DNA of 64,000 bases from Vicugna vicugna (taxonomy: Eukaryota): the NCBI GenBank assembly GCA_013265495.1, contig MU057724.1, forward strand, positions 496,001-560,000. Reading direction: 5' to 3'. The notes below the pieces were generated by a model that saw nothing but the letters and a program-made list of their open reading frames with translations, did not search any database and was not told where the DNA came from. Of this stretch, positions 12,561-26,383 are shown in pieces. Numbering within the stretch: the first letter of the stretch is position 1; each line of letters starts with the position of its first letter. The translations under genes were made by a program, and so were the position numbers.

Positions 12561-13479
12561 CCCTGTCACTAACTTCAATGTCTTGGCCAAGTACCACAGA
12601 CAGCCAGCACAAGTGCAAAGTCGGGGACTTTGTGTGCAAACCCACCATCACGTCCAGTAGTATCCCCGCCCTTCGAGAAGAGGACTTTGGATTCCTTCCT
12701 GGCTGCTTGCAGTGCTGAGGGCGCTGACGTCCTCTGTGTGCAGGTACTTAACTTCCACGGACTGAATTTATGATGGGTTATTCTGGGACCCTTGCATTAA
12801 ATTTCAGAGGGAGAGCCAAGGTGGACAAGTGTGAATTTGCTCGGCAGCAGTCATTAAAAGTGACTGTAAATGCTGCTGCAGAAGGGGGCCTTTCTGGGGC
12901 GGGGAGCTCAGGCCGCAGGGGCTCCAGGAAGGGCGGGGTCTGGGTGTTGAGCACAGAGACTTCATAGTTCACATCACCCAGCGGGGATGGACTTAAGTGA
13001 CTGCTGCTGGAGGAGACACGTTAGTGGGTTTCCTGCCGCAGTTCATCACGAGCAGTTAATTTTAGCTCGAAGGGGAAAGCAGTCCTGGCTGGCTTAGCAG
13101 CTCAGTTCTCAGGGAATCACCATAGTGACAGATACTGTTGTAAAGTATACAGAGGAAAGCGATTAATAAGTGCCCACGGATGATGAAGTGCCACCAGATT
13201 TCCTGTGAAATGGAGACGTGGTGTGAAGACGAGGGCAACCGCTGACGTCTCTCGTAACCAGCGCTTAACGTGCTCGTGAGCCCGACTTTCCACTTCTGTG
13301 CTGTTTCTAACTCGGCATGGAAATGGAAACTGTGTTTGGATCCAAACCCTGAGCACATTTAGGAGTTCAGAATTCATAAAAGGAAGACGAAGACCTTGGA
13401 ACCTGGATTATTTTAGAAGTCACCGACCCTTCTGACCCAGGACGGACACTCCGCTTCGAGTCACAACTGCCCTAAGACG

Positions 13480-13680
13480 GGAGCTGGCTCCCACCACCTC
13501 CTCCACTGCCACGCTTTACCAACCCAAACACTTACACTCCCGAGCGCCTTTCCCTCGCCAGCTCTGCTCACTGTGACGCGGACACGGTTTTCTGGACTGT
13601 GGGCTGCTCTGCTGTTCCAGGACTGTTCCGGGCCTGGCCGGCTTGGGTGCTCAGCCGTGTTTACTAAGTGAGTTGGCTGT
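13480..13680 (+). mobile_element. Possible L2 3' relic
   Basis: 'ctgctgttccaggactgttccgggcctggccggcttgggtgctcagccgtgtttactaagtgagt' resembles the L2 3' end. Highly diverged. Confidence 0.3.
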
Positions 13681-16600
13681 GCTGAGTGCCTTTGCCCTAA
13701 ATCAGTAGGAGGGTTAAAGGCTGTTTATATCTGGCCCTTGAAGTGGGGTTGGCCTTCAGATGAGTAAAGACATTTATTCAAGTTCGAGATTCTGGGTTTA
13801 CTTTGCAAATAAGGCCTGAGCTTGGAGATGAAATAGCAGGGGACGTTACGGCGGGGTCTTAGGGGAACACTGAGCCGTTAGCAACCCCACATGCATGTCA
13901 CTGGTGCTGCTCGCCCCACTGCTGGTGTGTCCTGCTCACGTGGCTCCTTAGGGGCCGTTTTTAGTAATACTTCAGCATCTTACACCTCAGCTTGAGATGT
14001 GTCTGTGGGGGTCACCCTCTCTGTGCCAGACAGGGGGCCACCAGCCTCACTGATTTAACCACACACTGTTCATAGACAGGGTCACGAGGCTGCGGAAGAG
14101 TCTGGGGGCCATGAGTGTTTTCAGCTGCGTCTGTTGCTGCCCCCAGCGAAATGGGATTATGTTGATTAAAGAATTAAAGAAAATGATGTTCGGTTGACAG
14201 TCTGCATTTTCTGCCACTCCCACAGTGTCTGCAGGAGCCTCTGACACCCGGAATGCGGCCACCTTCCCAGAGGCAAACCACAGGTGTCTCAGCTCCCGAG
14301 GGTCCTGGGTGTGCGACTCTGGTTTTACTGGACAAATATGCTCGGACATTGTCCTGCACGTGGGCATCTGATCATGGGGAAGTCCGTGGTACAGAAGGGA
14401 TTCACGAGGTTAATTCTGGGGCCCCTGGCGAGGACGCACTCGTGATGTTTGGCAGTGGTGGAGGGGAGCATGGTGGAGCTGCATTCACACAGGTGTCTGG
14501 GCCGAGTGGACTCACCCTGCACATCCTGAAGAGAACAGCCACCCGTCCCAGGATGGAGGCTGACGGAGACACCGAGCCCTCCGTACGGGTCTGCGTCACG
14601 GTGAGACTGAGGGTGGCCAGGGACCACCAGGTGCCAATGGGCAGTCGAGCCGAGATGTTCCCCACTCTGTGGGCGGAAGCACACGGGTTCACATGGGCCC
14701 TTGCCGTGCGCAGGTCAGATGCTGGGGGCACACCCAGCAGCTCGCGGGAGGAGATGATGGAGGTCCCTCTGTCCTGGGTCCCTGCCCAAGGCACTGCACC
14801 TGCCCGCACCTGGACACCGCCTTGGACCGAGTGACCCTTTCATACTCTCCTGCCTGAGGTGGAACGACCTCCTCCCAGCCGTGTGCTTTGAAAGGCAAGC
14901 AGCCCGAGAACCACCCCGGGCAGCAGATGGCCCAGAAAGGCCGCGACGCTGGTGGTCGAGTCTGTTCACGGAACCCGAGGCCGTGAGGACAGACTTTGGG
15001 CCCGGATGCCCCGGGAGGTTTGGCCGTGGGAGGCGGGAGCCGGGTCATGACACCATCCCGGGGCCACGGGGCCCTCTGCACGCCTTCCCCACCCAGCGGC
15101 TCCAGCTGCCTCCAGCCGCGCCCCCCACCCCCCGGAGTGTCTGCAGGCGCGAGGCTGTGTGTGCAGGAAGTAAGCACCCCTGTGCAAGTCCTTAAAAAGT
15201 CGGCACCTGAGGCATTTGCTGTTTCTGTTTCCCCAGCACCGTTCCTTCATGCCCAGCACTGCCACCTGGAGAAGGACTAGACCAGGTGACGCACACGGTG
15301 GTGCCGCTGACGACAGTGGGTGGGGAGCTGGGCAGGGTAGACGGGCAGGGGGCGGGGACAGACCCCGAAACCCTGAGCTGTGCGGGAGCTTGCAGCCAAA
15401 GGGAAGCTGCAGGTGGAAACAAAGGCTCTCCAGAACTGACTCACAGTGTCACCGGCAGTCACGTGACAAAGCACATCCCTGCAGCAGCCGGCAGCACGGG
15501 CGGAGTGTGTGAGCCCAGGGGCCGTTCTCTGGGGGCCTAGACAGCACAGCCCCGCAGCAGCTGGGTTTGAGGGATGTGGGTTAAACAGGCTGAGTGCCTT
15601 CCCTGCAGGACCTCTCAGGGTCCTCCTGTCCCAGGTGTGCCTTTCCGGGAGGGTAGGTGGTGGGCGGGGCCCCACGGTCCCCTACGGGAAGGGGCTCTGG
15701 GTCACGGGTGAGTATGTGGGCACCGGGCTGGCCTGTCTGCTTAAACCCAGGGCGCCCCTCGGAGCTGGCGGCATCAGACACGTGCTGTCAGCCGAACCCC
15801 GGCTTCCGCATCCGTAGAGGGAGGGTCATCCTAGCACCTACCTTCTGGTGGAAGGTTCTGGGGGGCCGGGGGTGTAACTGGTGTGGAGACCGCGTGTCTG
15901 CCTCACCTGGAGGTGGTCAGGGGATCGGTGTGAAACAGCCTGAGGAGTGAGTGCTGAGGGGTGACCTTGGGCTACTGCCTGTCGGTGACGCCCGGCCAAG
16001 CTGGGTCTCATGGGGAGGGTCTCAGGGACGCTCCTCGGTGGTTGGGGGACGACGGCATGAGGGTGCGGGACAGGGACCGTGCCCCAGAGGACAGCAACAC
16101 CCAGATGGGGCCTCCATCCAGCCGCGTGAGCTGACCCTCCCCTGGACCTCTTGGCCATAGAGCCTATAAATTCCTCACAGCTTGAGTAAGTCTGAGTGAG
16201 GCTTTCCGTTTCTGGCTGCCAGCCCCTCTGTGATGGAGCGCCGGGTCAGCGGGACTGCAGGGACGCTTGGGGTCCGGGGCCGGAAGAGCCCACTGGCTTT
16301 CAGGGGGGCCACACGACCTCCATCCATCACTTGACCTCTCTGCTTCTCAGTGTCCTCAAGGTCAAAAGCGAGGGATCAATGTCCTTTCTGCCCCAACCTC
16401 ATGCTTACGGCGAGGTGTGGAGGCGGGAGGTATGTGGACACTGGACGCAGTCGTGTGTAAAGGCAGGGCCCGCACGTCTATGCAACGGTGGAAAGCCGAC
16501 CATTCCTTGATTTAAAGCTGCTACGCTGTGACAGTTCATGATTTTTGGCTAATGCTAAAATAGGAACATAAAAGCCAGCTGTCAAAATATTATAATTGGT

Positions 16601-19600
16601 TTCTGCCTAACCCTAAGGCTTTGAATTCTGTGATGTTGAAGTTCCAGGGCTTATCTGTGGGTTTCTGCCGTTCTGTAATAGCCTGTTCTGTTTAGAATTC
16701 TGTAGCCCTGAGTTTTTCAAAAGAGACTCTGGAAGGTGTTCATGTGCAAACAAGGAGCCTCACTGCTGGTAATTTTATTTTATTTTTAAAATTTCCAAAC
16801 TTTGTCAAATAGGAGTCTTCATTTATAATCAACCAAGTAGACCAGGTGTTATTTGATAAAAGGTAATGAAGTATTTACTTTAGGTTTTAAAGGGAAATAC
16901 GTAGTTTAACAGTGTGGTGGAAAGTTTAAAAAGAGAAAGGATTTATGAAAAAGAAGAAGAAATTCTGCAATGATTTAATGAAATTGGGACTTTAAGTTAC
17001 GAGCGGTAACGATGACCTGATGTTACTGGGGAGAGAGTTTTCCATGGGCTTCTGCGGCTGAGGTCTTGCTGGGCACAGTAGGGACGCAGGGCCCGCCTCC
17101 TTTCTGGGCTGGTTCTCTGCGTGGTGTTTGCAGCGGGTAACCTTGAGTGTGGGGTGGGACCTCCCTCCGGGATGAGGAGTGGGCTGGCTGTACCCGGCGG
17201 TCCCCCACGCGCTGCGAGCCTCAGATGCGACACAGCCCAGTGCGCGTAAGACCTGGGGACTTGGGGTGGGGCACAGAGGGTCAGACATGGTCACTGAGCC
17301 CTAGACGGTGTCTCTGACTGGGGGCCTCAGGTCTTCTCAACGTCCGAGGGACACAAACCACTAAGGAGGTGAAAGCAGGTCGCAGACCCTCCACAGGTCC
17401 TGACAGTTTTGGAGCTGTTGTGTTTGGTTGATTTCCATGAAAAACTCCCTGTGCAGGATTCATTCTGGCGGCGCCTGTGGGTGCCTGGGGTCCTCATTAA
17501 CCAGCAGAGGGAGCCCCGCGAAGCACTCAGCTGTCCTGCCGAGGGAGATGCAGGCGTGTAACCGTAACCTCACTTACGTGGGCTGCAGGGCGTCAAAGGT
17601 AAGAACGTTGCGTTTTCCAAGGGGACCTCCTGCGAAGCAGGAAGTCATCACAGCCAGGAGCAGGTGGCAGCGGCCTTTTATCAGTAAAGGCTTTTACCCT
17701 AAAGCTGGTAGCTCTGGGCTATGAAAGCAGAGGACTGAGTGGGATGAAGTATTTATCTCTGGGGCTCTAGAACTTCCTCTTCCCTTTAACACTACGCGTA
17801 CTAAGAAATGAGGTCCTAACTTGGAAGTCGCCTGACATTTCCCACGTCTAAAACCATCACAAGGGAGGTACAGGACCAAGCCAGGGCGGGGGTCTGTGCA
17901 CTTTGCTTTGACACGTGCACGTCTGCGCCGCTGCCCGCCAGCTCTTCACGGGCAAGTCCAGGCTGACTGTCCACCGGGGGCCGGGCTGGTTCCCCAGGAA
18001 CAGGTCTCAGCTTCACAGCAGGTTGGTCTCAGAACCTTCTGTCTGTTTACAAAGTAAAGCTTCTCTGGGTGGAATCAGGAAAGAAATATGTCATCAGAGT
18101 AAATAAGAAAAATGTACAATAGTTCAAGATTGCATTTAAAAAATTGTACGAGGGAACCTGAAGGGAATATTACTGAAGAGGAGGGAGGTGATGACGGCGC
18201 TGCAGCAGTGGCGGTCACGCGGGTCTTGCTGGGTGCCGGCTCTGCCGGCGGTGCGGGGACCTTCTCAGCCCCAGCCTGGGCTCCTGACATCTCTCCTGAA
18301 GCAGCTGCGTGACTTGGTGCTGTGACAGAGTGGCCTCTACCTGCCTGCGCTCCCGTTTTGTCATTGGCTTTGCTTCCCCCTTTGCCCGTGTCCACCACCG
18401 TCCTGCCTGGAGGCAGCTCGCAGGGCTCGAGTGGTGGCAAAACGAGGAAAAGAGAGCGGCTGTCTTCGGACACAGCCGGTCCCTGAGGCAGGCCCTGCTC
18501 TGGCGGGTTTGTGAGAAGCAGGGACGCAAGTCGAGTCTCGTTTTCCCACGCCAACAAGGTCACGAGTGAAGGGTTATTTCCTAGAAGAGGGCTTGTGCCT
18601 GAACCTTAAAGGGATGCTCTCAATGCCCTGAGGACTCAAAAGTCGCAGGGCTCTCTCAGGCGGACCAGTTAGGAGGGTGCGTATTCTGTCCTTTGACTTA
18701 ACGCAGGTAAGGCTGGAGCCTCCCTGGGAGGGAGCTTGGTATCAATCCAGGGACTTCAGGAAACCCTGGGGGGACAGGTAGGCCAGCCAGGGAGGGGCGC
18801 CCTGACCCCGGGCTGCCCAGCGACAGGCGGAAGCAGGAGTGAGTCGTCGGAAGGCCCCAGGCAGCGGGTGCTGGTCTTATAAAGACCACCCAGAGGGGGT
18901 CAGGCAGCGCCGGCGTGGAGGGCCAGGGGACGGGGGCACCTCACCCAGAGCTGAGAATCCTCTGGAGAACTCCGGACTGGACAGGGAGGAGGAGGAAGCA
19001 CCCTGCGAACACGCTAAGTCACTGCCACGTGGCAGTGCTGCGCTGGGGGCTCTTCCAAGGGGAGATGGGCGGGTGTCGAGGCCTCCCTCCGAGCTCACCC
19101 CCTCCCTGTGTGCACCTTGAGCCGGAAGCTTCCGCCGGGTGAGCAAGTTCACGGTGTCTGACGTGAGATTTTTCTCCCCTCCCTCGTTGATTCAGAAATT
19201 TCTGACTTTTTTCTCTCCTCTGATTTCTGTGACCCAGAAGACACGTGTCCTTGAAAGTAGACGCTGTGTATCAGAAGTTTGGCTTTTGTGTCTCCCACTA
19301 CGTTCGTGGATGACACATAGCGCGCTGTGACGTCGGGGAGGTGGGGCTGAGGGCCGACTTTGTTTCCAGTCACGTGTCAAGCTGGGGACGGAGACGTCAT
19401 GTCCAGACTGGCTCTGGGGGTGGTTCCACGACACACGCGTCTGACACGCACTCTGACACCTGGAGGGCTGAGGGGGCCAGCTTGGGCATTGCGCGTGCAG
19501 GGGTCTCATGGCCCCACCGTGACATCGGGCACAGAGCCCGGCTCCCGAGCCCGTGTTTGGGAAGAGTCCGGAGACCGCAGTGGGCAGTGAGATGGCAATG

Positions 19601-20118
19601 CAGTGGGGCTGTATCATGTCGGTGAGGCCCGTGCTACCCTGACCTCAGCCCGGGAGGGTTTCCATGTGAGGGCTCCCCCCTAAAGCTGGGCTCCCAGGAG
19701 AGCCAGCAGGTGAAGCGAGGGCGCAGACCTTCCCGTTCCATTTCACTCTTGCCTGCTCCCCTCCCGGGGAGGTGAATGAATGAATTTTCGCGGGGCTCAG
19801 ACCAGGTCAGCTGCACACTCAGGGCCCCCCCACTGAGAGGTGCGGGTGTGAGGATCACCTCCCACCCCCGCCCCCCATGCCTCCTTTGGGGCCAGAAGTT
19901 CCCATTTTACCTAGGCCTTTGGGTTCGAGCTTTCAAGGGCTCTGTTAACACATATTATTGGTTTATTGAGAGATGTGACACATAAAATTATTAACATTTT
20001 TAGCAAAGATTAATTGATCACATTAGTTCACCCTAGAAAGGGAGTAGGCCTGGGGAATTCCAGGGCCGGGGTGGGGGGTGGGCGCGGCCTGAGGGAGCGC
20101 GTGTGCCAGCTGACAAGC

Positions 20119-20223
20119 TCGTGTGCACGTGTGCGTGTTGTGTGTACACGTGGGCATGTGCACGTGTGTTCAGTGTGTGTGTGTATGCGTGCATGTGTCT
20201 GTGTGTGCACATGGCGTGTGTAC
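20119..20223. repeat. Degenerate alternating purine-pyrimidine (GT/GC/AT) tract
   Basis: gtgtgcacgtgtgcgtgttgtgtgtacacgtgggcatgtgcacgtgtgttcagtgtgtgtgtgtatgcgtgcatgtgtctgtgtgtgcacatggcgtgtgtaca. Confidence 0.75.
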
Positions 20224-23200
20224 AGAGCAGCTGAGGCAGGGGGAGTGGGTGGAAGTGGTTCCAGTTCAAGAGTGGACTGGGTTGGAGTGGCTAGCTCCCC
20301 ATCCGCCCTGTCTGAAACCCACTCCTCCGCACGGAGCAGCACCACACAGGACAGCATCCACCCTGCCTTCGAAACCCCAGACCTTTGGGCAGCAGGTCCA
20401 ACAGTCAGAAGACAGTGTGAGAACGTGGGAGGTGCCAAACAGGGCTGTGCAGCCGATGTCACTGGTGGGAGAAGGGCAGGGGCGTCCTGGGCAGCGGGAG
20501 CCGCAGGAAGACACAGGCATCCAAGAGCAGGTGGGGTGCGGTCCCCGCTGTTAGACAGATGGTGAGAGGGGCCCCGCCCTGGGCTGTGATCTCATGGGCC
20601 AGGCAGGACCAGGCCTGGCCAGCATTTGCAAGGAAGACCTCCCAGGAGCACCCAGCGTGCACAGGGACTGGTGCTGGTGACTCATTGGTGGGAAGCCTGC
20701 CTCTGAGTCACTCCTGAGCCAGGGTTCTGGGACCTGGTGTGGGTGTGCGTGTTTGACTGTGTGTGAGAGGGGCCCTCGCTTGGGAACTGAGCCCTCTCGT
20801 CCTCAGCGGCCTGGCAGATGACGCCCCCTGAGGTCTAAGCTGTGGGGCTTCCCCCAGTCTCGTCTGGTCCCCAGGAAGATGTCTCAGTTGCCTCTTCCCT
20901 TGAAACACTCTCCTGGTTCTGAGGTGACGAAGCTGCCCTCAAATCAAGGGAGAAGCACACACAGCTGCTCCTCTGTCCTGGGGCACCTCTTGGAGGGTCA
21001 GGTCACGTGCAGTGGGACCTTCTCTGCAGATAAAACTCTTCTGAGCAAAGCGAGGGCGTCTAGCTGAGGGTGCACTGGACCGGGGGTCCGGGGCTTGCCG
21101 GGAGAGGACAGGCCTGTCCCGAGGGGGAGGTCACCTGGAGGAGGGCAGGGGGTGGGCCCTGCTGTGGGGCGTGGCTGTCCCTCTGTCTCCTGTGAACCTG
21201 GGATCTGAGCTGAAGCCCACCCCCCAAGGTGAAGGCGTTTCCTGGTCACTTTGGCGGAAGTGGTGGTGGCTGCGCCAGGAAAGCTCTCTGTGCCTGTTAA
21301 TCAAGCCGGGTCTCCTCCGGGCTGGCTGCTGGGACTTCACTCTGGACAAGCGGCCAGCCGCCTGGTCCCCCGTGTCCTCCTGGCTGGGCAGGCGAGCCTC
21401 GTGCGCCCTCCTCTGGCCACCTGGCTGCTGAGTGCTGAGCCTGCTCCCCTGTTCCCAGCAGCGGGGCAGCCGAGTGGGAGTGGGGCAGTGATCTCCGTTT
21501 GGAAGGAGCTGGTCAGAGGGTAGCAGGTAACAGGTGTCTCGTCCTGTCGGGGGAGGGACTTAGATGGAAATTTTATCTTGGTCCCAGGTTTTTCTGAGTT
21601 ATTTTTTGTCTTTTTTCTCCCTCAAATAAGGACATAATCTTGATATCTTATGGTGAAATAGTTTGATGTGCTCATTTCTGGTAGGCATGTAACTTAGACT
21701 CAGAGAGCAGTGGTCATTTTTAGAATGATTTGAAAAATGGCCCAGGACGCTGGAGGTAGGGTGCTGCAGATTGTGGGGTGGACTCGGGCACCCAGCAGAC
21801 TTCTCAGGGTCTCTCTCTTTCCTGCTTTATGAGCAGGGAGACTCAAGGCTGCAGAACGCCTTTCATACTGCAGCCCAAGTCGGTCAGCTCAGAGACGCAG
21901 GTGAGAGCTTCCTGTGAGATCACTTAGCTGTGCGCGGACACAGGGGCTCTGTGATCACGGCATGATTTTCACTCTGCTTTTAATACCAAATGTGCATGAG
22001 CCACATTAGTGAGTTGGTGGTAAAAAATGAGTTTTCTACGTTTCTTGACTTGTATGTGTGAATTGTAACTATGTGATGAATATTCTGTAACTACGGAGAA
22101 ACACCAGGAATTCTCCACGTGGTATCTGGGCATCTGTATGTAAACTTCCTGGCACACCAAGAAATAAATCGCTTTGCAAACTTAATCCGCATGAAGCTTA
22201 TACTTAAGGCTCTGGTTTTCTTTCTGCATTTTTATCCACTGTTGTGACTGTCCCGGCGGCAGGTTCGCAGTCCTCTGTGCCCTTCCCTGGTCGTTGCCAC
22301 TGCACCTGGAAATGCTGGTCAGTGCGGGGAGGAGTCCCCTGCAGCACCTGTCTGGTGGGGAGAATGAAACGTCCAGAGGGAGGACTGACGTCCTGCCACG
22401 CCCCTCCCTGCCCGTGCTCGGCCCACACCCCGCGCCCTACCACCTGCTCTGGGGCCGACGCCCACCCACTCCAGCCAGGCTCGCTGCCTGCGGGGAGCTA
22501 TTTTGCAAACAGGAGTTGGAGGAAAAGCCGAACCACCCAGGGCCTGTGGTGCAAGTCACAGAACACCCTTTCTCGGTGCCCGGGGGCTGCCGAGGCTGCA
22601 CAGAGTGTTTGCCCAACATCTTCCCTGATCCCAGAACATAAACCCGTGTGGATCTGGGTGGGTACCGCCTGCGACCGGCAGATGTCACTGCCTCCAACCT
22701 GCTGTGCTTCGGCCGCCTTTGGGGGACAAGAGCAGAAAGGGGGCGCCAGGGCGGGGCTGGAGCGCTTCCGGCGCGGCTTCGCGGGTGGACGCTCTGCAGA
22801 TGGAGCGGCGGGGGTGCACCTGCCCTGCGCTCCCCCCCACCTGGCACCTGCCCTGTGAATTTGAGACTTAGCACCTGTTTCCACTTCAGGGAAGGAAGCT
22901 CAGTGAGGGAGTCGGCAAGAGGACAGGACCTGTTCGGCCGCCAGAGCGGGAGGCCAAGCCCTCTGTGCCCAGCGCGGGGTTGTGGGCATGTCCAGGGTGG
23001 CTGGAGTGCAGCAGGGGCTTAGAAGCCACAGCTGGTGTCACACAGCTGCTGGAGGCACATGGCCTGCGGGGAAAGCCTTAGAAGGAGTGACCTGTGGACG
23101 GACCACAGGTTCGGGGTGAAGTCGGCAGCTCCCGGGGAGCGCTGGTTCCCTGAGTGGCAGGCAAGGGTGATGTGGGTCCCGGCTTGAATTAGTTTTCCTG

Positions 23201-26200
23201 ATAATTCCATTTCTTCACTGAATTGTTCATTTTCTTGTTGCAGTGTTGCTGTCTTACTATCCACTCCTGTTGTGTGCAGGCCACACGGCTCTCTCTGACG
23301 CAGACAGTGACAGCTGGGCGGGGCGCTCCCCGTAGGGAGCCGGTGCATCTCTGGGGACACGCCCCCGCGGGCACACGCTCATCTGCATCCTGCTCTGTCC
23401 TCCTGGGCACACAGCGAGTCAGACGCGCTGCTCCCAGCTTTGGGGAAAATACTGTCCGAGGCGGAGAGGTTTTGGACAGTCTGTGAGTGACTTCCATACG
23501 TTTGGTTTTGCCAGTCTCCCCTCTTCGTTCTTGGGACACCCAAGGTTAAATTCTCAAGAGAACCGACCCTGACCGGGTGGCACCCGGGGCCCTCAATGGC
23601 GTCCCAACGGCTGCCACCCTGTGGCACGGGCAGAGCTGGAGCGGCTCAGAGCACACAGCCTCGCTTTCGGGGCTAACAGAACCACACGGGAAATTTCACA
23701 GGGACTGGCTTTTCTGTGAAGCATCCAGAACTTTCACCTACTCCGCGGTCTGGCGCTGACAGCCCGTGTCTGCCAGCCGGAGCAGGAGCTCAGAGGAGCA
23801 GATCTGCAGTGCGGTGGGGAGGCGGCCAGGCAGCCAGGCCCTGGAGCCACGAAGTCCAGGCACCGTCCTCGCCTGGCCTTGACTCACTCTTTTGGATGGA
23901 AATCCTGTCTTAGGGTTTTGTGGGCATCTGCTGCTGTGGGGCCGGGTGCTGCCTTTTCGGGGGCCTTGCCGCTTGGCCGCCTCCCACCAGGAGTGTTGGG
24001 AACGTGTGGGGCACACACGTGGTTTTCCTGAAACAGGGGCGGGGAGTGCAACTGCCGTTCGGGGGTGGGGCCGGGAAGAAAGCTGGCCCCACACGCAGGG
24101 CCAGTGTGCCTGACAGGGGCACGAGGTCCTGCTGCCACAGGAGTTGGGGCCCGTGGGGAGGCTCAGAAGTGGGCCCCCCGTGCACCCGCGTGGCGAGAAC
24201 CACAGCTCCCGCGCTTGCCTGCAGTGATTCCCAGCTCATCGGAGTGGGGGTTTGGACCCGGGAAGGAAGTCTCTGGTGGGCCTCGAAGACCTGGGCTCTG
24301 TTGTGGCTGCTGGATCCTCCGAAGGTTCCTGGGATGATGGAGAGCACTGGACTCCGAGTCCCCCTCTGTGCTGCTCTGGGCAGCACACCGGCGTGACAGT
24401 TCATTGTACGTCGTCCTGATGGCCTCGGGGGCCCGGCTGCCTGGTCCAGGGTTGTCCTGGGTGTTCCTCTGAGGGTGGTTTTGGGCGAGGTTATCATTTG
24501 GGTCCTTTGAGTGAGTGAAGCAGATGGCTCCCCTGCTGTGCGCTGGCCTCATCCAGGCAGTGGAAGGCCTGCAGAGAACAGAGGGCTGGCCATCCAGGTG
24601 AGAGAGGGTTCTCCTGCCTGGCTGGCCCTTCCAGGTTCCCCATCAGTTTCTGGCCTTTGGAGCTGAGCTGGGACATCAGCTGTCGGCTCTGCAGATTTGC
24701 CAGCGTCTCCGGTCACCTGAGCCCATTCCTTATGCTCCGTCGCTCTCTCTCCTTGTTGACGTAAGTCAGCATCAGCAGTGGTGTCGACACGTGTGGGTAC
24801 GCAGAGCAGGTGTGGGTGCATACATCCTCCTGGCCCTGCGTCCCGGATTCCCTGACCAGTAGTGTTGGATTACCGCTCACAGGGGGCCGCGCTGGGGGAG
24901 GGAGGCTGATCGGCGCCGTGAAGCCAAGAGTCTGGAAAGTCAGCTGCTTTCAGGCTTCCACGGAGGGAACGAGCTGCCAGAAGGAGTGTGTGGCTGTGGG
25001 GGCTGGAGTGGCCCCCAAGGAAACGCAGTGAGATGCTGCAGGTGCTGCGGGCCCCCCCCCCGAGGGCGCGGACGTGGGCCACACCCCTCAGCTCTCCGTC
25101 CTGCCCCCCACAGGGGGCCGCCAGGGGACACAGGCTAGCCTGTGTGTGTACTCAGGGCCTTTGAAGGAAAGATTCTGCAAAAGCATTCTGTGTTATTGTG
25201 TGATTATTTCTGGGTTCATTCTACCTTTATTTAAAGAAAGTGGGGAATAGGTTTCAGTGATCCACGTGTTTTTGGCAAAAGCATTTAAAACTTTCCCACT
25301 TCGAGTTGAAAAACTCTTTCCAAATTCTCAGGTCAGACACATAAATCGTACGAACAAAACCTCACTGGTTCTGCACACTCCGCTGTCTGCTGTACTGGGC
25401 CCGGCTCAGCCAGAGGTCGGTTCGGCAAAAGGAAGGGGCATTTGGAACTGCTAACCCTGCGCCGACACAGAGCGTTCGTGCTGCAGGCTGCATGGCAGAC
25501 GGCCCTCTGGACCCAGGGCAGCCCCCACAGACACCCCGGGACCCAGCGCCGCTCCTCAGTCCTTTGGTTGAGAGAGGAGGCTGGAGACCGTTTTCTCAAT
25601 TTCAAACTGAGAGGGTTTTCCTCAGACCAGTCAACTGACCCCGACTGAATTGACCCTGACTCCCGGTTTGGAGCAGACCCCACGGGCGGAGGGCCCCTGC
25701 CCACCCGACCGGCCACGTCAGACTCTGGCTTCAGAGGTGGTGCCCAGGCTCCTCCCGCCTGCAGGGCTGACTGCAGACTTGGTCTCTCTGGCCAGCTCTC
25801 GCCCAGGGCCTCAGGAGAGCCGCTCCATCGGCACAGATTCAGGTTCACCTGAAGGCCTTGTTCGGAAAAACTAAAGACGCTCCCACCGCTCAGGAAGTCC
25901 CAGGGGCTTCGGAGCTCTGTGCCCGGAGCCTGGAGGAGACCGGGTGTCCTTCCCCACCAGACACCAAGGACCCCTGCACTGGTCACGCTGGAGCGAGGCC
26001 AGAGCCCCTGGGCGAGCAGGTCGCTGCCCGGGGGAGGGCCCCTGGGGGTCTTCAGTGGTTTCCTCACGCTTCTCGTCCCACAGAACGTAACTGCCTTATC
26101 TGCACCAACCAAAGAGGCTTCTGCGAGGACGAGGCTCCGGCGTGGTGGCCACTGAGCACAGACGTGTGGCGGGCGTGCTTCAGTGTTACTTTTGTTAGGA

Positions 26201-26209
26201 TGACCACTT

Positions 26210-26383
26210 CATTTTATTTTATTTTATTTTTAAAATTTATTTGTTTTATTTATTTTTGAAGGAGGGAAGTAATTAGCTTTATTAATTTGTTTACTTATTT
26301 CTTTTAGTGGAGGCACTGGGGATTGAACCCAGGACCTTGTGCATGTTAGGCACGTGCTCTGCCCCTGAACTGTGCCCTCCCCC
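26210..26383 (-). mobile_element. Vic-1-type camelid tRNA-derived SINE with A-rich tail and target-site duplication
   Basis: Reverse complement reads GGGGGAGGGCACAGTTCAGGGGCAGAGCACGTGCCTAACATGCACAAGGTCCTGGGTTCAATCCCCAGTGCCTCCACTAAAAG...CTAATTACTTCCCTCC...A-rich tail. Pol III B-box GGTTCAATCC at 26320-26329. Direct repeat GATGACCACTT at 26199-26209 and 26384-26394. Confidence 0.9.

Noticed and set aside
13334-13347. 14-bp palindrome GTTTGGATCCAAAC, and an 8-bp inverted repeat at 39627-39650
   Set aside because: Several of this size are expected by chance in 64 kb.
14285-14371. EGF-like looking peptide CLSSRGSWVCDSGFTGQICSD
   Set aside because: Lacks the C-x-C and upstream cysteines, hits a stop soon after, and has no convincing splice sites. 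Probably chance.
16165-16191. TATAAA followed by GA|GTAAGT
   Set aside because: Spacing leaves essentially no first exon and there is no other promoter context.
26310-26383. tRNA gene
   Set aside because: The tRNA-like head continues into a SINE body, A-rich tail and TSD, so it is a SINE.
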